DNA of 64,000 nucleotides. Origin: Octopus vulgaris. Taxonomy: Eukaryota. A model generated the notes under the pieces. The model was not told the origin of the DNA. It did no database searches and saw only the letters and a list, made by a program, of their open reading frames with translations. This document shows, piece after piece, positions 57,594 through 64,000 of the stretch. Positions within the stretch are counted from its first letter, which is position 1, and every line of letters begins with the position of its first letter. The stretch is taken from the NCBI GenBank assembly GCA_951406725.2, contig OX597820.1, forward strand, positions 67,146,001 through 67,210,000, given 5' to 3'. A program made the translations under genes and the position numbers.

Positions 57594-57895
57594 GGGGCGT
57601 GGCTTAGTGGTTAGGGTTTTCGGCTAGCGATCGTAAGGTCGCGAGTTCAATTACCGGCTGAGCGTTGTTTCCTTGAGCAGGACACTTTATTTCACATCGT
57701 TCCAGTCCGCTCAGCTGGCAATTGAAAAAGGACCGGCCATGCCACAGTCTCTGTCATGCTTAATCACCCTGAGAACTACGTCAAGTGTACGAGTGTCTGT
57801 GGAATGTTCAGCCACATACATGTGAATTTTACGAACAGGCTTCTCTGTTGATCGTATTAAGTGGAACATTCGTCGTCGTAACCGACGGAATACCA
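57594..57895 (+). mobile_element. SINE family C
   Basis: GGGGCGTGGCTTAGTGGTTAGGG...GCGAGTTCAATT, then CCTTGAGCAGGACACTTTATTTCAC. Confidence 0.8.
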
Positions 57896-60449
57896 GTTAA
57901 AAACACATCGGATTATATTGTTCACATTACACAATTTCTGAAAGAAAGATACGTGGGATCAAACTAGCTACTTTTTCTTTTTACGAACCGAACTTCTTAA
58001 TCATTTGACCATTGCTAATTTAAAGGAATTTAAGATATTATTACTGTTGTTGTTGTTTTACCCTCATAAAGTCAGTCATGGCTGAGTAGACCCATGATCA
58101 AAAGCTTTCAACCTTGAAGGTTTTTTTTATTTTTATTCATCAATGATTACATTGTTCAACATCATTCTTTTGTTTAGTTTTGTTTTCATTTTAGTTTTAT
58201 TTTTTAGCTTTCTTTTTTCAGACTATAATATATAATTTGAGAGGTCTGTGGTTGCTATTTTTAGCAAACAGGGTGACTGTATGGAAGCTCTATCTCGATG
58301 CTCGTCTCGGAAAGGGTTGAGATGCTGAAAATGCAAGGGGAAATTAATTCTCCGAAGAAAGTTTCATCATATCGTATTTATCTCCCTTAAGAAAGTTACC
58401 AGTATCAAGAAGCACCATTATTTACGGTGCTCCCACATTAGATCCTGATCTTAGCGTTGGTGTTATTATTCTCTTTGGTTGATTATAGGTTTGACTAAAA
58501 GACCTACCAGCCGTGGCCCTTCCATCTTTCTTTCTGAAATTGTGTAACTTGGACAGCATTATCCGATATGCCTTTCTTTTCAAATTTGATCAGTCACAAG
58601 ACGCTAGAGAATAAACCTTGTAGGTTGTACCACGTTTTCATTAAGTATCTTAAGCGCTTATATAGACGCGAACAGACTTAGCACCTCTCCCTCAGCCCGT
58701 TCACACTTCACCCAAAGAAGCATCGGGGATGTGACAGCTAGGATGGTGAGGACTGCACCAACACTAAGCGGGCTTATTCTCCCTTGAGTTGACTGGAGCA
58801 ACACGAAATGACGTGCCTTGCTCCAGAATGCGACTTGCAACTTGGCTCAGAAATCATGATCTCAACACCCAAGCCAATAGATCACGGCCCTTAACGTTAT
58901 GCATTCACTAATCAGCAACAATTTCTTTAACACATTGGTGCATACATGCTTGCCGTTAAGTTGGATGGTCTTCTTTTTTTTTTTTTGGATGCAGACTAGA
59001 ATGCTTGTGTGTTCCAGTTTAACAACTTCATATTTACGGTCGGTACTATGATTTATAGGGAAACAGCTACAGATTAAGGCTGGCGTATATTTTCAGGAGA
59101 ACAAGAGGAATGTTGTATCTTTAGATGCAGTTTTGACATTGTTATAAATATTTGAAGTCAAAGACTGATGGCAACTTTCCATCGTTAGCCTTGTTTTTCT
59201 TGTGTTAGACACAATTCGTGCTTATATATAGGCGTGTATGTGAGCGCGCGTATATGTTTCCAAATAGACGAGTCTGTTACGTATAATTTGGTTTTTTTCC
59301 TGCTGTTTCTGAAACGATATCCGTGAATACAACACATCACGTCTAGCATCGTGTCAAAGATCGCTACGAAAGTTCAGCAAAGATTTCGAGGACTGGTGTT
59401 TAAAGAGATTTTGAGGGTTGTACTTTAGTATCTTTGATGTGTAGAAAAGATGTAGTGTCACTTGACTGTTTCTTCGTTATAGTTTACAAAATGGAGCGAA
59501 CATGTGCGTGGAGAAAATTCTAAAGTTTTCGAATTGAATCAAAGTTTGCCATCTCCTTGATTAATTATGTATAACGTGTACGATCTTGGGGCCATTATTA
59601 CCAATCTTCCGACATAATTGTTATTAAGTCATAATGCTTTCATTCCAAGTGATCATCAAAGTCTGCCGATACGCACACACACACGCACACATCCACAAGA
59701 GAGAATAACAGGGAAAGACAGCCAACAAGAAAGTTTCTATCCTGGCGATAGAATTGCTAGAAATAACAGGGCAAATTTCCCCTGAAGAGAAAGAATCAAA
59801 AGTCCATCCCAAGTCATAGTCTCATAAGGCCACTTTCCCGGATTCTGCGGCCTATATATATTTTTGTCATTGGACGGGACGCCGATTCATCGCCGGATTA
59901 CTGGAGCATCGTGAAATGCATTATTTTGTACAAGAGCACAATGCATCGCCCGATCTAGAAATTGAAATCACAATCTTTCGATCATGAATACAACACCCTA
60001 ACCACTAAGCCACGCGCTTCCATATACCACACCATACTCTCTTTAAAAGAGTATATAAAATTACATTGAATAATATATTAGTAAATATGATTCGCGACGA
60101 AAGTAACACACAGGATGGTCAAGGTTGGAACGCGTTTGATTATTAGTCTATTTAATCAGGACTTGCCTAATTTATGTAATAAAGTATACTAAACATAAAC
60201 ATGGTTAAGAAGCTCACTTTACAACCACATCACCCTTCGAAATATATTATGTTTTTAAACACAACACGCAAGAGATGTCATCTGTGGTCGAATACCGCAG
60301 TGACTTGACACTCAATGATGTACATACATTAGCTATGATATATAGATGACTATTTAAAACCTATATTTGAAAGTTAAGAATTTACAAAACTATAGATTGC
60401 ATTGTTTTACTAATCATATTTATGTACAACAAAATATTATGACTACTAT

Positions 60450-61026
60450 ACTCTTTACTGTTTTTCACTCTTTTACTTGTTTCAGTCATTTGACTGCGGC
60501 CATGCTGGAGCACCGGCTTTAGTCGACAAATCGACCCCAGGACTTATTCTTTGTAAACCTAGTACTTATTCTATCAGTCTCTTTTGCCGAACCGCTAAGT
60601 TACGGGGATGTAAACACACCAGCATCGGTTGTCAAGCGATGTTGGGGGGGGGGGGGCAAACACAGATACACAAGCATATACTCACACATACATATATATG
60701 AGTTCAAATTCTACCGAGGTCGATTTTGCTTTTCACTCTTTCGGGAATCGATGATATAAGTACCATCTGCACACTGGGGTAGATGTAAATTTCAAGCCTT
60801 GTGCCTTCACTGTAAGATGAGCTGGTGTTGTTGTTTAACCGCAGGTCAGCTCCAGTCGAATAGATCTGTAATCATAGATATACCGGTATTGACCATCGCG
60901 TCTCTTACTTGTAAGACTAGTACTTATTCTATCGATCTCTTTTGCCGAACCGCTAAGTTACGGGGACGTAAACACACCAGCATCAGATGTCAAGTGATGT
61001 TGGGGGAACAAACACAGACACACAAA

Positions 61027-61094
<68 letters not shown>

Positions 61095-61105
61095 ACGGGC
61101 TTCTT
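60450..61105 (-). mobile_element. Two partial family B SINEs around a family A fragment
   Basis: Family B tail motifs at 60450-60690 and 60905-61105; family A B-box segment at ~60700-60800 on the plus strand. Confidence 0.75.
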
Positions 61106-61839
61106 TCTAGTATACCAAGCGTACGAGTAAAGGGTTTCCTTGCTTTTTCGATTTAAGTAAATGTTCCAACAAACTTCATTCATCTTGCATCTCGTATTCT
61201 TATTCCATACGGTGCTTGAAATTATAATCAGTATTTTAGAGTTAGTTCAGCCTGAAAAAAAAATCATTTGTTTCTCCGATTATCTTGTATTTAAGGGATT
61301 CTGTTGTCTGTTGATTTTGTATAAACCAACGTTATGTAACATGCCTTGCATTGCTTCGCTGTGAACAACTCTACTACAAGTTAAATTAATGAGGTGCTTT
61401 ATATATCCTAATGGATTTCCACTTTATAGCGTTTCTAATGATTCTTTGACAACAGGAAATCCATCATCTCTTACGTGAATGTCATTCATTTCAGTGGCTT
61501 TTATGGAAATATTTTGCTTCTTCAAAATATTTAACCAAACATGTTAAGGCACTTAAAATGGAAGGATTAATAAAGATGACTGTCATTTGTCTTTTAAGTA
61601 CGTATTACTGTTGCTGAACAACAGTCGATGTTATAACAGAAAACTGAACAATCTCCAACTTTGTGTTCAAATTTATTATAAACTTTAAAATAACGACAAT
61701 CACTTGCGCTATCACGCTATCTTAAACATAGCGTTTTGTTAGTGACATTGTCTTTTATAGAGTGAGATTATTTAGCGTATATTTTTGCATAAGAATAAGC
61801 AGGGAAATGGCGGAATACATCCACACACACACACACAAA

Positions 61840-61990
61840 TATCCTTTCTACTATAAACATAAGGCCTGGAATTTGGGAGGATGGATTAGTCGGTTACATC
61901 GACCCCAGTGTTTCACTGGTATTTAATTTTTCGACCCTGAAAGGATGAAAGTCAAAATCGACCTCGGCGGAATTTGAACTCAGAACGTGA
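61840..61990 (-). mobile_element. SINE family A, 3' part
   Basis: GAAAGGATGAAAG...CGACCTCGGCGGAATTTGAACTCAGAACGT. Confidence 0.75.
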
Positions 61991-62568
61991 AACCACACAC
62001 ACAGATATCGACACCGCCATGCACCATGCATCTATGACAATGTGTTTCTTGCAGAAAAGTCTAACTTCCTGTTTCCCGGCATACCTTCGTCCTGGTAACC
62101 CAAAATAACACTGCGTCTGTTTGTTTTCTTTGGTTCAGCTTTACAATATTTACACATTTAAAAGGTTTCCTTAAACAATATCATTGGCTATTTGGATATT
62201 TTAGCATTACGTTCAGTTCTTATCTTTTGTCCCCCATTTTTTCTTCTTTTTTATGTACTCAGTTGCTTGGGTGAATGTTATGTCTGTGTGTGTGTGTGTG
62301 TTTGTGTGTGTGCGTGTGTGTGTTTGTTTGTTTCTGTTTGTACGTGTATATTTACATACAAGTATACATAAATGATTAAATATGTATATATGCGTACACA
62401 CACACACACACACATACATGTATGCATAAGTATAACCGTTTGCATATATATTGTGTACGTGTGAGTGTGTGTGTGTATGTGTTTGTTGTGTTTGCACACA
62501 CTGATTTAATCGTAGATATATATGGGCTGTGTATGCACACGCACACACATACACACACACACACACGT

Positions 62569-62624
<56 letters not shown>

Positions 62625-62713
62625 CATATATATATATATATATAATAAATATGACTATATGTACATATATATGTATACATACACACACACACTCACACAC
62701 ACGCATTCGCGCG

Positions 62714-62744
<31 letters not shown>

Positions 62745-63246
62745 GAAGAGAGAGAGAAATGAATAGATTTGTATCCGTTTTTGTGAGTGTTTCCATATTT
62801 ATATACATACATATATATGTATGCATGTATGTGTGTGTTTGTGTATGTGTGTGTGTGTGTGTGTGTTTGTTTAAATAACCTAGAGGAGTTACATAAACAA
62901 ATCTCGAATGGAAAAACATATTGGCAAGAATGGATACAAAAGGCGTAAAATGTACTATTTGGAAGAATCGATCTGTCCACCATTTTACTGCCAGCTTTAC
63001 TATGTACCAGATTAGGAAGCATTATCCATCCCACAACTAGCTTTAACCTTTAATAATAGTCATTATTTAACTATCTTTCGGTGTATACGTGCGTGTGTGT
63101 TTTTACGCAGAAGGGTGTATAAAGGTTTAATTATACGCATTGTTAGCTGACTTGGGACCAAACACTGAACAAAAATTACTCTCGACGCTTAATCTATATC
63201 CTAAAAATCTTTGTCAGCTGATCGCCAAGCTTGTTTAGAGACTTTA

Positions 63247-63286
63247 CTACACTGATGAGGTCTAATAGACCGTAACATGTTCATAG
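63247..63286 (+). ncRNA. Decayed hammerhead motif
   Basis: ctaca-CTGATGA-ggtc-taata-gacc-GTAAC-AT-GTT-catag. GAAA has become GTAA, and the stem I changes fit CpG decay. Confidence 0.55.
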
Positions 63287-63488
63287 CTGCTGTGCCTTGT
63301 CTACGAACAACAGAAGTTCCTACCTCCACCCCAAGTGCATAAGTTTACTTTTCATAGATTTAAATCTTTTTTTTATTATCTCCCCCTTCTCTAGGTGAGT
63401 TTACTAACAATTACCACTCGGTTTTCTGTATATTTCGTTAAGGAGGAAATTTTGAGTTACATATTGTTTGTGGAAAAGCATATATATA

Positions 63489-63705
63489 CAGTAATCCCGC
63501 GCCATATCGCGGTTCACCTATCGCGGTTTATTATTTAAGCTTACGTCGATTCCTCCGTGGTGTTGTTTTGCATTTATAATAAAATACATATATACAAATT
63601 ATAAAAATAGTTAAAATATACAATACAGTACTGTTTTTACTTCGCGGATTTTCACCTATCGCAGTGGGTTTCGGAACGTAACACCCGCGATAGTCGAGGG
63701 ATTAC

Positions 63706-63707
<2 letters not shown>
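63489..63707. mobile_element. Tigger/pogo-type MITE
   Basis: TIRs CAGTAATCCCGCG and CGAGGGATTACTG; TA at the left flank. Confidence 0.82.
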
Positions 63708-63770
<63 letters not shown>

Positions 63771-63774
<4 letters not shown>

Positions 63775-63949
63775 GCCATGATAGGTCACTAGCCACTACA
63801 CATTCTTTATTTTCTCTCCTTGTTTCTTTCTGTGTTCCTGGCTCGAAACGTTAAAGACTTTTTCACTTTCCGAACGTTATACTAATACATCTGTTTGTTG
63901 TCTACACCACCTGTCTTCGTCTTTTGTTTTTTTGTTGTTTTTTTAATTT

Positions 63950-63953
<4 letters not shown>
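63771..63953 (+). mobile_element. Short Penelope-like element, copy D, with the HHR 5' core deleted
   Basis: Reverse complement of copies A and B. Reads TGTGTTCCT|GGCTCGAAACGTTAAAG, so CTGTNGA is missing. (TA)n on both sides. Confidence 0.75.

Positions 63954-64000
<47 letters not shown>

Noticed and set aside
58930-59620. Possible mariner relic, and a possible Penelope RT relic at ~61110-61740 (VYTKSTD)
   Set aside because: Too decayed to support by eye.

Overview
Eukaryotic, AT-rich DNA saturated with microsatellites and dominated by transposable-element debris. The mix of (TA)n/(CATA)n/(CA)n/(TAA)n tracts, three high-copy tRNA-derived SINE types and RTE, R4/Dong-like and Penelope-like retroelements looks like an octopus or other cephalopod genome (inference). 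Only one convincing host exon was found: a 102-bp, phase 0/0 ankyrin-repeat exon at 37435-37536 (+) that resembles the first ankyrin repeat of NOMPC/TRPN, so the window is probably mostly intronic. Most ORFs in the track are microsatellite translations. The main hidden signal is about 13 minimal type-I hammerhead-ribozyme (HHR) motifs on both strands. They lie in Penelope-like terminal-repeat fragments that mostly abut (TA)n tracts, and two sit as inverted pairs. One short family carries a recurrent non-canonical core, CUGUNGA (A6U), and two other elements carry CCGANGA (U4C). Also present: a three-level nested insertion (hAT MITE > SINE > Penelope-like pieces), several fold-back palindromes, a piggyBac-type MITE inside a LINE, a ~580-bp tandem duplication in a Tc1/mariner transposase relic, and a 170-nt cytosine-free insert. 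All coordinates were read by eye, so repeat boundaries are approximate.
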